Positions 1 to 9,413 of a stretch of DNA of 24,240 bases are shown here, piece after piece. How positions within the stretch are numbered: the first letter of the stretch is position 1; each line of letters opens with the position of its first letter. The stretch is from Candidatus Woesearchaeota archaeon. Lineage in GTDB: Archaea > Nanobdellota > Nanobdellia > SCGC-AAA011-G17 > PNOQ01. The DNA is taken from positions 1-24,240 of the forward strand of contig JBDRML010000031.1 of assembly GCA_043812195.1 (NCBI GenBank), given 5' to 3'. The notes beneath the pieces were generated by a model that was given only the letters and a program-made list of their open reading frames with translations, ran no database searches and was not told the DNA's origin. The position numbers and the translations under genes are program-made.

Positions 1-3000
1 TTTTCTGGGCCCGCGGGGGTTGGAAAATGTGTTTCTCCAAATACCCCTATTTTGGATGGAGAGGGTAAAATTTTATCTATAGAAGAAGCATATGAAAAAA
101 AGTTGAAATATGTTATGAGTTTAGATAAAAAAGGAAAGATAAGCAAGAATAAAATAGCCTATTTGTATAAAGGATATTCAAAAAAACTTTTGAAAATAAG
201 AACTCAATTCGGAACAAATATAGAAGTAACCCCTGAACATCCTTTTTTGGTTTTGAATGGAGGGAGATTAGAATGGATTGAGTCTAGAAATTTAAAAAAA
301 GGTATGCTCATTGCTTCCCCTGAAAAATTAGAGATTGAGCAAATGAAGAAAAATGGAGTTGCAATACCAGAAAGATTTTCTAAAGAGGGTGATTTTTATT
401 TTTATCATATAAATGGAAGATCATCTTGTAAGATTAAAATTCCTAAACTTGATGAAAATTTTTATTATTGGTTGGGTTTAGTTTTTGGGGATGGTAATTT
501 TAGAAATGCTAGTATAAGGTTTTATAATAATAATGATTTTTTGAGAAATAAATTTAGAGAATTATCTTCAAATATTTTCGGGAACAAGATTGAGATTATA
601 GAAGTGTATGATAATTGCCCATACATTGAAATTAGAAAAGCGACCTCAATAGTCAAATTTATAGAAGAAAATGTAGGATATAGTCTATGTAGAAAGAAAA
701 GTGGAATAATAAAAGCCCCGAGAGAGTTGTATACCTCTAAAAAGAAGAATGCATTATATTTCATTAGAGGATTGTATGAAACTGATGGTTCTTTTTATTC
801 TTCAACCCTTGAAATAGCCAGTATGAGCAAGGAATTATTAATTGATTTGAGGTATTTATTATTACGCTTTGGTATTCTTTCAAGAATAAAAAACAAAAGG
901 ATTCTTATATCTGGGAGTAATATGGTTGAACTATTTAAAGAAAAAATAAGTCCGTGTGTAAAAATTCCCGATAAATTGAAAAAGAATATAACGAATATTG
1001 ATGTTATGGGCATAAATAGAAAAGATATAAAAGCTATAATGAAAAACTTTAATATCCTTCATAGTGAATTAGGTGAATATTATGAACATATTTTTGAAAG
1101 AGGGATTGGTAGTAGAAAAAAAGTTAAGAAATTGTACTCTATTTTACTAAATTTGTCTAAAAATAAAATAAGAAGTGGATTGGATTTAATTTCTGAGCTT
1201 GAAACGATAAGTAATGTAGAAATTGACCCAAATTTAATATTTAACTTGTTTGAAGATAAGACTATCAGGAAAAATGTAGATATTGTAAGGTATGATAGAT
1301 TAAAAGAATATTCTGAAAAAAGAAGGACTCCTAATCTAAAAAATTATATTAGACTAATTAAAAGATTAAAAGAAATGAAACTATACTCTGGAGAAGAGTA
1401 TAATAATATTTTAAAGATTTTGAAAATTAGACAAAGAGTTATTGAAGTTATGAACGTGTTTGGTATAAGTTATAAGGAGATATTTCATGAATCTCAAGTT
1501 GCAAGTTCTTCAGGAGTTGTCAATATTCTTAATAGTAATGGACTTGCTCTCAAGAGTTTGAATAATTTAAAAACCATATTTGATTCTTTTAAAGGTATAA
1601 TTGAAAATAGACTATATAGTGAAAGATGTCTGGTAGCACTTGAAAATATAGATTTTTTACTAAATTCTCAGATTATTTGGGATAAATTAATTAAAATTGA
1701 AGAAATTGAGGGAGGAATAGTTTACGATCTTAATGTTGAAGGTGTCCATAACTTTATTGGTGGAAATAGTCCATTAATTTTGCACAATACTTCATTGGCA
1801 TTGGTTATTGCTAGGAGATTGTATGGTGAAAACTGGGGGCATAATTTTTTGGAGCTCAATGCGAGTGATGAAAGAGGTATTGATGTTGTTAGAAATAAAG
1901 TTAAGGATTTTGCTCGAACTAAGGCTATAGCTGATGTTCCATTTAAAATAATTTATTTAGATGAATGTGATTCTCTAACTAAAGATGCTCAACAAGCTTT
2001 AAGGAGAACTATGGAAACTTATTCTAATACTTGTAGATTTGTTTTAAGTTGTGTAACACCAGATACAAAGATCTTATTACCTGGTGAAAGAGAAATGACT
2101 ATAAATAACTTTATTGATCAGTATGAACAAAATACTAAAAATAAGCATATACAAAATGTAGCAAATGATCAAAATTCTATTAAAAAAGATTTGGTGCTTG
2201 CTACAGTAAAACTTTCTGCAAGTTCTATAGGCAAGAATGTATTGCAAATAACAACTATGACTGGAAGAAAAATTAAGTTGACTGACGATCATAAATTACT
2301 CACTGTGGAAGGATGGAAAAGGGCTGGAAAATTAACAAAGGACGATAGACTGTTAGTTTATCCTAATTTGGAAGGGTGTGAAGTTGAAGATAATAGTAAG
2401 GAAATTATAAATCTTAGTAAATTTATAAAATTTATATCCCGATCAGAAGAACGAGATGGTTTGCAAAAAATTGGTAAAGATGTGCGTTTTAAAAATTTAA
2501 AATCTGACGAGAAGGGAAAAATTCTTCAAAAAATAGATAAACTAAGAGAGATTGTAAAATCTGGTAAGGGGTTGACAGAAAGAGAATTAGAAGTGTATAA
2601 TATTATTAAGCATAATCAAAAAATTACTAGAGAACAACTGCAATATAGATTAAGAATTACTAGAATGGGCATTAATTACTTATTGCCTTCTTTAGAGAAA
2701 AAAGGATTTATAAAAAGAATTGTTAATAAAAAAACTCATTTATTTGTTACTTCTGAATTAAAGCCGATATGTCTTAGAAATGATATGCACATCAAAAGAA
2801 TAATTGAAAAGGAGTTTGGTATAAAAATCTCATATTCAGCTGTTAAAAAGTCTGTTGACTCTCTTGTAGAAAGAGGAAGAATTGATAGAATAATTGGTGA
2901 ATTAAAACGTAAAGAATTATTAGATATTTCTTATAATGATATTGATAAAATTGGTGCTTTAGCAAGAATTTGTGGTTTTATGGTTGGTGATGGTCATCTT

Positions 3001-4491
3001 GTTAAAAATGATATTAGACTTCATTTTTCAGGAAATAGATTAGCTCTTGAAGAAGTACAAAAAGATTTAGAAACATTAAATTTTAATAATTGTTCTAAAA
3101 TAAAATCTGTCAAGATAGAAAATAAAATAGGAGATAGATCTCTTAAAGGTATGAGTACGTCGTTTACATTTGATTCAAAAGCATTATCTTTACTTATTCA
3201 ATATTTAGGAATTCCTACAGGAGATAAAACAATAACACCTTATTGCGTTCCTGAATTTATTATTAATGGAACTAAATATGTGAAAAGAGAATTTTTAAGA
3301 GCCTTATTTGGTTGTGATGCCGATAAACCTCATTGGAAGAGAATGAATTATGGTGCAATTTCTTTGCGACAAAATAAATCTGAATTGCTTAAAAATCAAA
3401 TGTTAAAATATTATAAACAATTAAAAGACCTTTTTAAGGAGTTTGATGTTGAAACATATATCAATATTAGAAATAAAAATGAAGTAAGAACTAAAGATAA
3501 TGTTAGAGTACTTACTTTTGGGCTTATTATAACTCCCAATAATAAAAACTTGTTTAAATTTTTTTCAAGAGTGGGATATTTTTATGAAAAATATAAAGAT
3601 AAACTAAACCGTATTTCATCAGAATATTTGCGTCATAAGTTATATTTAATTGAATGTTTACAAGAAAAATCCCAACTAATTGTTGAATCTGTGAATGGCG
3701 GTTCTGGAATTAGAGAAACTGCGAGAAATTTAAATGTAAGCCCTGATTTTGTTAGCTTTCAAGTTCAAGGTAAAGATGTTCATTTACCAAGAAAGAAATT
3801 TGAGAATGTAGATGATTGGATAAAAAAATATCAATTTAATGATTCGCTTATAATTAATGATATTATGGATATCAAAAAATTGGAGGAAGATGAGGTAATG
3901 GACATTACTTGCCAAAAAGATCATAACTTTATAACAAACGGCTTTATTTCTCACAATTGCAACTATAGTTCTAAAATTATTGATCCTATACAAAGTAGAT
4001 GTGCTGTTTTTAGATTTAAACCTCTTGAAAAAGAAGATTTGAAAGATATACTAAAAAAAATCATTAAAAATGAGAAATTAAAAACTGATGATAAAGCACT
4101 TGATATATTATATAATATAAGTGGAGGAGATGCAAGAAAGGCTGAAAATATATTACAAGGATGTGCTGCAATAAATAATAAAATAGATGAAAAAGTAATT
4201 TATGAAGTTGCTTCTGCTGCAGAACCAAAAGAGATTATTGAAGTATTAAAATTAAGTGTGAATGGAGATTTTCTTAGAGCTAGAGATTTATTATTAGATA
4301 CTATGTTGAAACATGGTTTGTCTGGTTTAGATTTAATTAAACAGATACAGAAAGAAGTTATGAAATTAGATGTTGATGATAAAAAGAAAGTAGAAATGAT
4401 AGAGAAATGTGGCGAGATTGAATTTAGAATGGTTGAAGGTTCTGATGAATTTGTTCAATTAGAGTCGTTGATTGCTAGTTTTTGTAAATAA
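1..4491 (+). CDS. rfcS: Replication factor C small subunit precursor with two inteins; 5'-truncated by the window edge
   Basis: Frame 1 is open from base 1 (FSGPAGVGK|C...), so the track's TTG at 52 is internal. Spliced extein shows Walker [24 protein letters not shown], Walker [22 protein letters not shown]-like [30 protein letters not shown] and C-terminal [15 protein letters not shown]. Confidence 0.97.
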   Translation, partial: FSGPAGVGKCVSPNTPILDGEGKILSIEEAYEKKLKYVMSLDKKGKISKNKIAYLYKGYSKKLLKIRTQFGTNIEVTPEHPFLVLNGGRLEWIESRNLKKGMLIASPEKLEIEQMKKNGVAIPERFSKEGDFYFYHINGRSSCKIKIPKLDENFYYWLGLVFGDGNFRNASIRFYNNNDFLRNKFRELSSNIFGNKIEIIEVYDNCPYIEIRKATSIVKFIEENVGYSLCRKKSGIIKAPRELYTSKKKNALYFIRGLYETDGSFYSSTLEIASMSKELLIDLRYLLLRFGILSRIKNKRILISGSNMVELFKEKISPCVKIPDKLKKNITNIDVMGINRKDIKAIMKNFNILHSELGEYYEHIFERGIGSRKKVKKLYSILLNLSKNKIRSGLDLISELETISNVEIDPNLIFNLFEDKTIRKNVDIVRYDRLKEYSEKRRTPNLKNYIRLIKRLKEMKLYSGEEYNNILKILKIRQRVIEVMNVFGISYKEIFHESQVASSSGVVNILNSNGLALKSLNNLKTIFDSFKGIIENRLYSERCLVALENIDFLLNSQIIWDKLIKIEEIEGGIVYDLNVEGVHNFIGGNSPLILHNTSLALVIARRLYGENWGHNFLELNASDERGIDVVRNKVKDFARTKAIADVPFKIIYLDECDSLTKDAQQALRRTMETYSNTCRFVLSCVTPDTKILLPGEREMTINNFIDQYEQNTKNKHIQNVANDQNSIKKDLVLATVKLSASSIGKNVLQITTMTGRKIKLTDDHKLLTVEGWKRAGKLTKDDRLLVYPNLEGCEVEDNSKEIINLSKFIKFISRSEERDGLQKIGKDVRFKNLKSDEKGKILQKIDKLREIVKSGKGLTERELEVYNIIKHNQKITREQLQYRLRITRMGINYLLPSLEKKGFIKRIVNKKTHLFVTSELKPICLRNDMHIKRIIEKEFGIKISYSAVKKSVDSLVERGRIDRIIGELKRKELLDISYNDIDKIGALARICGFMVGDGHLVKNDIRLHFSGNRLALEEVQKDLETLNFNNCSKIKSVKIENKIGDRSLKGMSTSFTFDSKALSLLIQYLGIPTGDKTITPYCVPEFIINGTKYVKREFLRALFGCDADKPHWKRMNYGAISLRQNKSELLKNQMLKYYKQLKDLFKEFDVETYINIRNKNEVRTKDNVRVLTFGLIITPNNKNLFKFFSRVGYFYEKYKDKLNRISSEYLRHKLYLIECLQEKSQLIVESVNGGSGIRETARNLNVSPDFVSFQVQGKDVHLPRKKFENVDDWIKKYQFNDSLIINDIMDIKKLEEDEVMDITCQKDHNFITNGFISHNCNYSSKIIDPIQSRCAVFRFKPLEKEDLKDILKKIIKNEKLKTDDKALDILYNISGGDARKAENILQGCAAINNKIDEKVIYEVASAAEPKEIIEVLKLSVNGDFLRARDLLLDTMLKHGLSGLDLIKQIQKEVMKLDVDDKKKVEMIEKCGEIEFRMVEGSDEFVQLESLIASFCK
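28..1788 (+). mobile_element. Intein 1 in RfcS (587 aa) at the Walker A GK/T site, with LAGLIDADG endonuclease
   Basis: Begins CVSPNTPIL right after GVGK. Block [20 protein letters not shown] helices [11 protein letters not shown] and [11 protein letters not shown], block [13 protein letters not shown], ends LILHN with +1 Thr (TSLALVIAR). Confidence 0.95.
2050..3957 (+). mobile_element. Intein 2 in RfcS (636 aa) at the FVLS/CNY site, with LAGLIDADG endonuclease and HTH insertions
   Basis: Begins [10 protein letters not shown] after CRFVLS. Block [31 protein letters not shown] and [11 protein letters not shown], block [13 protein letters not shown], ends FISHN with +1 Cys (CNYSSKII). Confidence 0.95.
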
Positions 4492-4493
4492 AG

Positions 4494-6266
4494 CTATATT
4501 TTTAACTTGCTGCTAAACTGTTTAAATTTCCTATCTTTTTTAATTTCATCAAATGTTCCATGTGCTACTACTTTTCCATTTTCAAATAAATAAATATAAT
4601 CAAATTTGTTAAGGAGATTTAACTTGTGAATTGAGGATATAATTGTCTTATCTTTAAACTCTTTTAAAATACTGTCATATATTTTATTTTCATTTAAAGA
4701 ATCTACACTACTAGTTGGTTCATCCAATAAAATAATATCGCTATCTCTAGCTGCTAAAATTCCTCTAGCTAATGCTAATCTTTGTTTTTCTCCCCCACTT
4801 AAAGATACACCCTTTTCTAAAACATTAGTTTCTAATCCATTTTTTAACCTGCTTACAACCTTTCTAAATTGGGCCATATCTATCGCTTTGTTTAAATTAT
4901 CTTTTGAAGTTGAGATATCCATTGTTATGTTATACCTTATTGTATTATTGAATATTTCTGGATCTTGAGGAATTAATGTAACATTATTTTTAAGATCTTC
5001 AAATCCTCTTTTTAATTTATTTTTGTCACAATAAACTGTTCCTTCTTTTGGGGGATACAATCCTCTAATTAATGTAAGAAGTGTGCTTTTTCCTGAACCA
5101 CTTTCCCCAACAAATGCTATTTTTTCTTCTCTTTTTAAAGTTATATTTACTTCATTTATATGCATTCCTTTTCCAGCAACATCATATGTAAAGCCCACAT
5201 TTTTGAAACTAAGTTCCTTCCAATTTTTTGGCAATCTGCCTCCAACTTTTCTTTTAATCTTTTCAAATTCTTCGTCTATTGGACTTACATTAACTACCCT
5301 TGCATTATGTTTAACCATACTTCCGTATAAGCTAGCAAAATTATAGAATGTGTGGCCTATATTATTTAAATAACCATAAAACATATACAAAGTACCAATC
5401 ATTATTGCTCCACCTGAATGGAAATCGGTGTAAGCTTTCCAACTTAGAATTGCTACGGTCATTATTGAAATTGCAATGCTTGCAAATGCCCATTTTGCTT
5501 CCCCAATCATGGATCTCTTTTTGTGAGGTTCAAAAGATGCCATTATTCTGTGATCTATTTCTCTCTTTACTGTTTTTTTAAGTTTTAATGTTATTACAGT
5601 TATTATATTGCTGATATAGTCGAAAATTGCTGCAGAAGCTTTATTTTCAAGTTCATTTATTTGCTTGTGTTTTTTGACTAACTTTTGATCAAATTTGAAA
5701 ATTACAAATAAAGTTATTAAAGAGAACGCTAATGCAAACAATGCTGTTCTATAATCAATAAATAAAAGGACAATTACTGAACCGAATAAACCAATTAAAG
5801 ATTCAATTACCCTAAAAGTCATATGTGCTGCAAATTCTTGTATTGAAGAACTACTTTTGTTTATTTTATCAATTGTATTTCCTGAATGGTGATCTTTATG
5901 CCATGCAACGGGTAATTCTAAGACTTTTGCTATTTTATTATTTAGGAAATGTCTTTTAACAATAAATCCAGTTTTTCTTTCTAAATATCTTCCGCTTCCG
6001 TGAAATATCCAGAATCCGATGGTGATTGCAAGTAATAAAGTTATTTTAAATATTAAATTTTTAAGTTCGGCATTAGAAGTTATTGTTTCTTGAATAGAAT
6101 TAAAGATTAACCCAATTACTAAAGGTTCTGCTAAATTTATTATGTTAGCTATTATAAAGAATAATATGTAGATGCTAAAAACTCTTTTTTCTCCCCCAAG
6201 ATAGTTCCATTCTGTAACAAGAAGGTTTATTATTGCATTTTTTTCCTTTTTTTCCTTTTTTCCCAT
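4494..6266 (-). CDS. ABC exporter half-transporter (fused TMD + NBD, MsbA/MdlB-like), about 590 aa
   Basis: N-terminal hydrophobic helices; Walker A GESGSGKS, Q-loop IPQDP, signature LSGGEKQR, Walker B ILLDEPTS, H-switch SSIH. Start moved to ATG 6266 (MGKKEK) because a TATA-like TTTAATAT lies at 6295-6302 on the minus strand. Confidence 0.93.
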   Translation of the reverse strand: MGKKEKKEKNAIINLLVTEWNYLGGEKRVFSIYILFFIIANIINLAEPLVIGLIFNSIQETITSNAELKNLIFKITLLLAITIGFWIFHGSGRYLERKTGFIVKRHFLNNKIAKVLELPVAWHKDHHSGNTIDKINKSSSSIQEFAAHMTFRVIESLIGLFGSVIVLLFIDYRTALFALAFSLITLFVIFKFDQKLVKKHKQINELENKASAAIFDYISNIITVITLKLKKTVKREIDHRIMASFEPHKKRSMIGEAKWAFASIAISIMTVAILSWKAYTDFHSGGAIMIGTLYMFYGYLNNIGHTFYNFASLYGSMVKHNARVVNVSPIDEEFEKIKRKVGGRLPKNWKELSFKNVGFTYDVAGKGMHINEVNITLKREEKIAFVGESGSGKSTLLTLIRGLYPPKEGTVYCDKNKLKRGFEDLKNNVTLIPQDPEIFNNTIRYNITMDISTSKDNLNKAIDMAQFRKVVSRLKNGLETNVLEKGVSLSGGEKQRLALARGILAARDSDIILLDEPTSSVDSLNENKIYDSILKEFKDKTIISSIHKLNLLNKFDYIYLFENGKVVAHGTFDEIKKDRKFKQFSSKLKI

Positions 6267-6330
6267 TCTAATTATCAAAATTAAAATAACAAATATATTA
6301 AAGTTTTGTATGATTATGTTTTTTGATTTA

Positions 6331-6348
6331 GAGAAAACCATTATAAAT
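6331..6348 (+). promoter_or_regulatory. BRE/TATA promoter of rfcL (leaderless transcript likely)
   Basis: GAGAAAAC then TTATAAAT (6341-6348), 20 nt before ATG 6369; no SD. Confidence 0.6.
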
Positions 6349-6368
6349 CTAAATTACCTTCTATTATC

Positions 6369-7559
6369 ATGATATGGACAGAAAAGTATAAACCTCAGAA
6401 ATTAAGTGATGTTGTAGGTGATAGAGGAGTTTTAGAGCAATTAGAGGACTTTATTTTAAATTATAGAAATCATAAAAAAAATTCTGTTATTTTACATGGA
6501 ATGACTGGAACTGGAAAAACCTGTTCTGTTCATGCTATAGCTAAAGAAAATAATTTAGAGCTTATGGAATTAAATGCTTCTGATTTTAGGAATAAAGCTC
6601 ATATAAATGATATTATTGGTTTTTCTATTAATCAAGCTAGTTTATTTAATAAAGGAAAGATTATTTTGATTGATGAGATTGATGGATTGTCTGGGATGAA
6701 AGATAGAGGTGGTGCACAGGCTTTGGCTAGTCTTTTAAGTAGCTCTGCTTTTCCAGTTGTTTTGACAGCTAATGATGTTTATCAGGATAAATTATCTGGT
6801 TTAAGATCTAAATCTATTTTATTGGAATTTGAAAATTTAAAAAATAATGAAATGCTTGAAGTTTTGAAGAAAATTGTTGATAAAGAGAATGTAAAAATTG
6901 ATGATTTATTTTTGAAGAAATTAGTTGGAAGAAGTGGTGGAGATTTGAGAAGTGCTATTAATGATTTGCAGATTCTTTGTGCTTTAAAGAAAATAAATGA
7001 AGAAGATGTTGAATATTTGGGAGATAGAAGAAAGGAGCAAGAGATATTTGCACTTTTGAGATTAATATTTAAGTCTAAAGAGTTGGATTTGATTTCTAAA
7101 ACTTGTGATGATGTGGATTTGAATTTTGATGAGATGTTTTTATGGATTGATGAAAATTTACCTTTTGAATATTCTGGAAAGGAATTAAGCAGAGCTTATG
7201 ATATGCTGTCTAAAGCTGATGTTTTTAGAGGTAGGATAAGAAGATGGCAACATTGGAGATTTTTAGTTTATCAGAAATTTTTCATGAATGAAGGTGTGGC
7301 TTTAGCTAAAGATGTTAGTAAGAAAGGATATGTAAAATATAGAAGAACCCAGAGATTATTAAAAATCTGGAGATCTAAAATGAAGTATGGAAAGAGAAAA
7401 AGTATATGTGCAAAAATAGCTGATAAAATGCATGTTTCTACTAAGAGAGCTATGAAAGATATATTTCCTTATGTTAAAAATTTGTTAAAAAAAGATGAAT
7501 TTGTAAATAAATTTGATTTTGATGATGATGAAGTTTCTTGGTTAGTAAAGAATTATTAA
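6369..7559 (+). CDS. rfcL: Replication factor C large subunit
   Basis: WTEKYKP, Walker A GMTGTGKT, ELNASDFR, LIDEIDG, GDLRSAINDLQ, WIDENLP, LSKADVFRGRIRRWQHWRF typical of archaeal RFC-L. Confidence 0.95.
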   Translation: MIWTEKYKPQKLSDVVGDRGVLEQLEDFILNYRNHKKNSVILHGMTGTGKTCSVHAIAKENNLELMELNASDFRNKAHINDIIGFSINQASLFNKGKIILIDEIDGLSGMKDRGGAQALASLLSSSAFPVVLTANDVYQDKLSGLRSKSILLEFENLKNNEMLEVLKKIVDKENVKIDDLFLKKLVGRSGGDLRSAINDLQILCALKKINEEDVEYLGDRRKEQEIFALLRLIFKSKELDLISKTCDDVDLNFDEMFLWIDENLPFEYSGKELSRAYDMLSKADVFRGRIRRWQHWRFLVYQKFFMNEGVALAKDVSKKGYVKYRRTQRLLKIWRSKMKYGKRKSICAKIADKMHVSTKRAMKDIFPYVKNLLKKDEFVNKFDFDDDEVSWLVKNY

Positions 7560-7772
7560 TTACATTCCCAAAAATTTCATTGCTTCAAAAATAAGAAATG
7601 CTGGCCAGACTAGAGATTTTATAACACCAAAAACTCCGCCCCAAAAACTGGTTGCTGTTGAAATATAATAAATTGCTGAGCCTATAAATCCTACGCAATA
7701 AATAGATACTCCACCACTGTATCCTTTGAAATTGTTGCCTCCGCAAAATTTATCTTTTATTCCTTTTGCCAT
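7560..7772 (-). CDS. Small membrane protein (70 aa, about 2 TM segments)
   Basis: Hydrophobic segments IYCVGFIGSAIYYI and FWGGVFGVIKSLVWPAFLIF; ATG preceded by a TATA-like TTATAAAT about 21 nt upstream; abuts the rfcL stop. Confidence 0.75.
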   Translation of the reverse strand: MAKGIKDKFCGGNNFKGYSGGVSIYCVGFIGSAIYYISTATSFWGGVFGVIKSLVWPAFLIFEAMKFLGM

Positions 7773-7840
7773 GAAATAAATTTTAAACTTGAAATTTATA
7801 ATACTTTTGTTTAAAGGCTACTTGATTACTGGGATGATAA

Positions 7841-7897
7841 AGAGAAAAGTTAATAAACTAGTTAATTCTAAAAAATTAAATTCATTTTAAGAGGTGA
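7841..7897 (+). promoter_or_regulatory. BRE/TATA and Shine-Dalgarno of the micro-ORF at 7901
   Basis: GAGAAAAG then TTAATAAA (7850-7857); archaeal SD GAGGTGA at 7891-7897 just before ATG 7901. Confidence 0.7.
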
Positions 7898-7900
7898 AAA

Positions 7901-7960
7901 ATGGCTAAGAAAAATGCTAAGGCGGCTAAGAAAACTACCACTAAAAAAGGAAAGAAATAA
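7901..7960 (+). CDS. 19-aa Lys/Ala-rich micro-peptide MAKKNAKAAKKTTTKKGKK (not in the ORF track)
   Basis: ATG...TAA read directly; strong SD GAGGTGA, host-like codons (GCT, ACT, AAG/AAA), upstream TATA and downstream hairpin plus T tracts. Confidence 0.75.
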   Translation: MAKKNAKAAKKTTTKKGKK

Positions 7961-7976
7961 TACCTTTCCAAATAAT

Positions 7977-8030
7977 CTGGTTCTTGAACAATTCAAAAAA
8001 CTAGTTTAAAAATCTTTTTTTATTTTTTAT
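7977..8030 (+). terminator. Putative terminator: imperfect hairpin followed by oligo-T tracts
   Basis: CTGGTTCTTGAA-CAA-TTCAAAAAACTAG (7977-8004) can fold; T-rich tract at about 8013-8030. Confidence 0.5.
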
Positions 8031-8069
8031 ATAGAAAGTTTTAATAAGTTCTTCGATATAATTGTATTA

Positions 8070-9413
8070 ATGACTTATAACATAATTGTAGGAAGAAATG
8101 ATAGCGATAGAAAAAAGTTAGGTGAGAGAGGTACTGTTTTTCTTGGTAGACACTATGTTAGAATGGGTCAGAGTGTTTCTTTAAGCAGTAATATTTTCTT
8201 AGATGTAGCTAGACCGCATGTTATGTTGATAGTTGGGAAGCGTGGAAGTGGAAAGTCGCACAGTTTAGGGGTGATTGCTGAAGAAATGTCTAAATTGCCT
8301 GAAGATATCTCTCAGAATTTGAGTGTTGTTATTTTTGATACTATGGGAATATTTTGGACTATGAAGTATCCTAATAATCGAGATGAAAATTTATTAAGAA
8401 CTTGGAATCTTAAGCCTGAAAAATTAGATACTATAGATGTGTGGATTCCTGAAGGATATTTTAAAGAATATAAAGAAAAAGGAGTTTTAGCTGATAAAAA
8501 ATTATCTATAAAGACTTCTGAGTTGGATGCTGGTGATTGGGCTGGCGTTTTTTCTGTTGATTTAATGGATCCTGTTGGAATATTGATTGAGAATGTGATA
8601 GGGGGTTTGAAAGAGAGCAAGAAAGATTATTCTATTTTAGATATTATTAATGAGATAAAGAAAAGCAAAACTAGTGAAAAAAATGTTAAGGATGCTGCTA
8701 TTAATAGATTTTTAGCTGCTGGAACTTGGGGGATATTCAAGAAAGGAGGAACTGAAATAAGAGATTTGGTTCAGAGAGGAAGGGTTAGTGTTTTGGATAT
8801 TAGTTGTTATACTCATATGGCTGGTTCTTGGGGGGTTAAAACTTTAGTTACTGGTTTAATTTCTAAAAAATTATTATTAGATAGGATGATTGCAAGAAAA
8901 TTAGAAGAATTAGAAACTATTGAATCTGGAAGTGGTTTATTTGATTTGGAAAAAGAAGAAACTAGAGAAGAAATGCCTTTAGTTTGGCTGATGATTGATG
9001 AAGCGCATAGTTTTATTCCAAAGGAAGGAAAAACAGGTGCTAGTGATGCTTTAATTCAATTATTAAGAGAAGGAAGGCAGCCTGGAATTTCAATGGTATT
9101 GGCTTCACAACAACCAGGTGAGCTTGCTAAAGATGCTATTACTCAGGCTGATATAGTTTTAAGCCATAGATTAACTGCTAAGAAAGATATTGTTGCATTG
9201 AATAACATAATGCAAACTTATTTGTCTTCTGATGTTCAAAAATATTTGACTACTTTGCCTAGAATGGCTGGAGCTGCGATTCTTTTAGATGATAATTCTG
9301 AAAGGATTTATCCTATGAATGTAAGACCTAGAGTAACATGGCACGGCGGAGAGGCTCCAACTGCTGTGAAATTAAAAAGTCAAGAGATATTGGATTTAGG
9401 TTTGGATTTCTAA
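8070..9413 (+). CDS. HerA/FtsK-superfamily P-loop ATPase (DUF87-type), no N-terminal HAS barrel
   Basis: PHVMLIVGKRGSGKS (Walker A), VIFDTMG, WLMIDEAH (Walker B), LLREGR (Arg finger), LASQQP. BRE/TATA-like AGAAAGTTTTAATAAG at 8033-8048. Confidence 0.88.
   Translation: MTYNIIVGRNDSDRKKLGERGTVFLGRHYVRMGQSVSLSSNIFLDVARPHVMLIVGKRGSGKSHSLGVIAEEMSKLPEDISQNLSVVIFDTMGIFWTMKYPNNRDENLLRTWNLKPEKLDTIDVWIPEGYFKEYKEKGVLADKKLSIKTSELDAGDWAGVFSVDLMDPVGILIENVIGGLKESKKDYSILDIINEIKKSKTSEKNVKDAAINRFLAAGTWGIFKKGGTEIRDLVQRGRVSVLDISCYTHMAGSWGVKTLVTGLISKKLLLDRMIARKLEELETIESGSGLFDLEKEETREEMPLVWLMIDEAHSFIPKEGKTGASDALIQLLREGRQPGISMVLASQQPGELAKDAITQADIVLSHRLTAKKDIVALNNIMQTYLSSDVQKYLTTLPRMAGAAILLDDNSERIYPMNVRPRVTWHGGEAPTAVKLKSQEILDLGLDF

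Noticed and set aside
52-54. Track start codon (TTG) for the 1479-aa ORF
   Set aside because: It lies inside intein 1; the frame is open from base 1 and includes the Walker A, so the true start is upstream of the window.
6267-6341. 25-aa N-terminal extension of the ABC transporter
   Set aside because: It spans the divergent promoter region, and TATA spacing favours ATG 6266.
7773-8069. tRNA, C/D-box sRNA or CRISPR repeats in the largest intergenic gap
   Set aside because: No cloverleaf, no convincing C/D boxes and no spaced repeats; the gap is explained by promoters and the micro-ORF.
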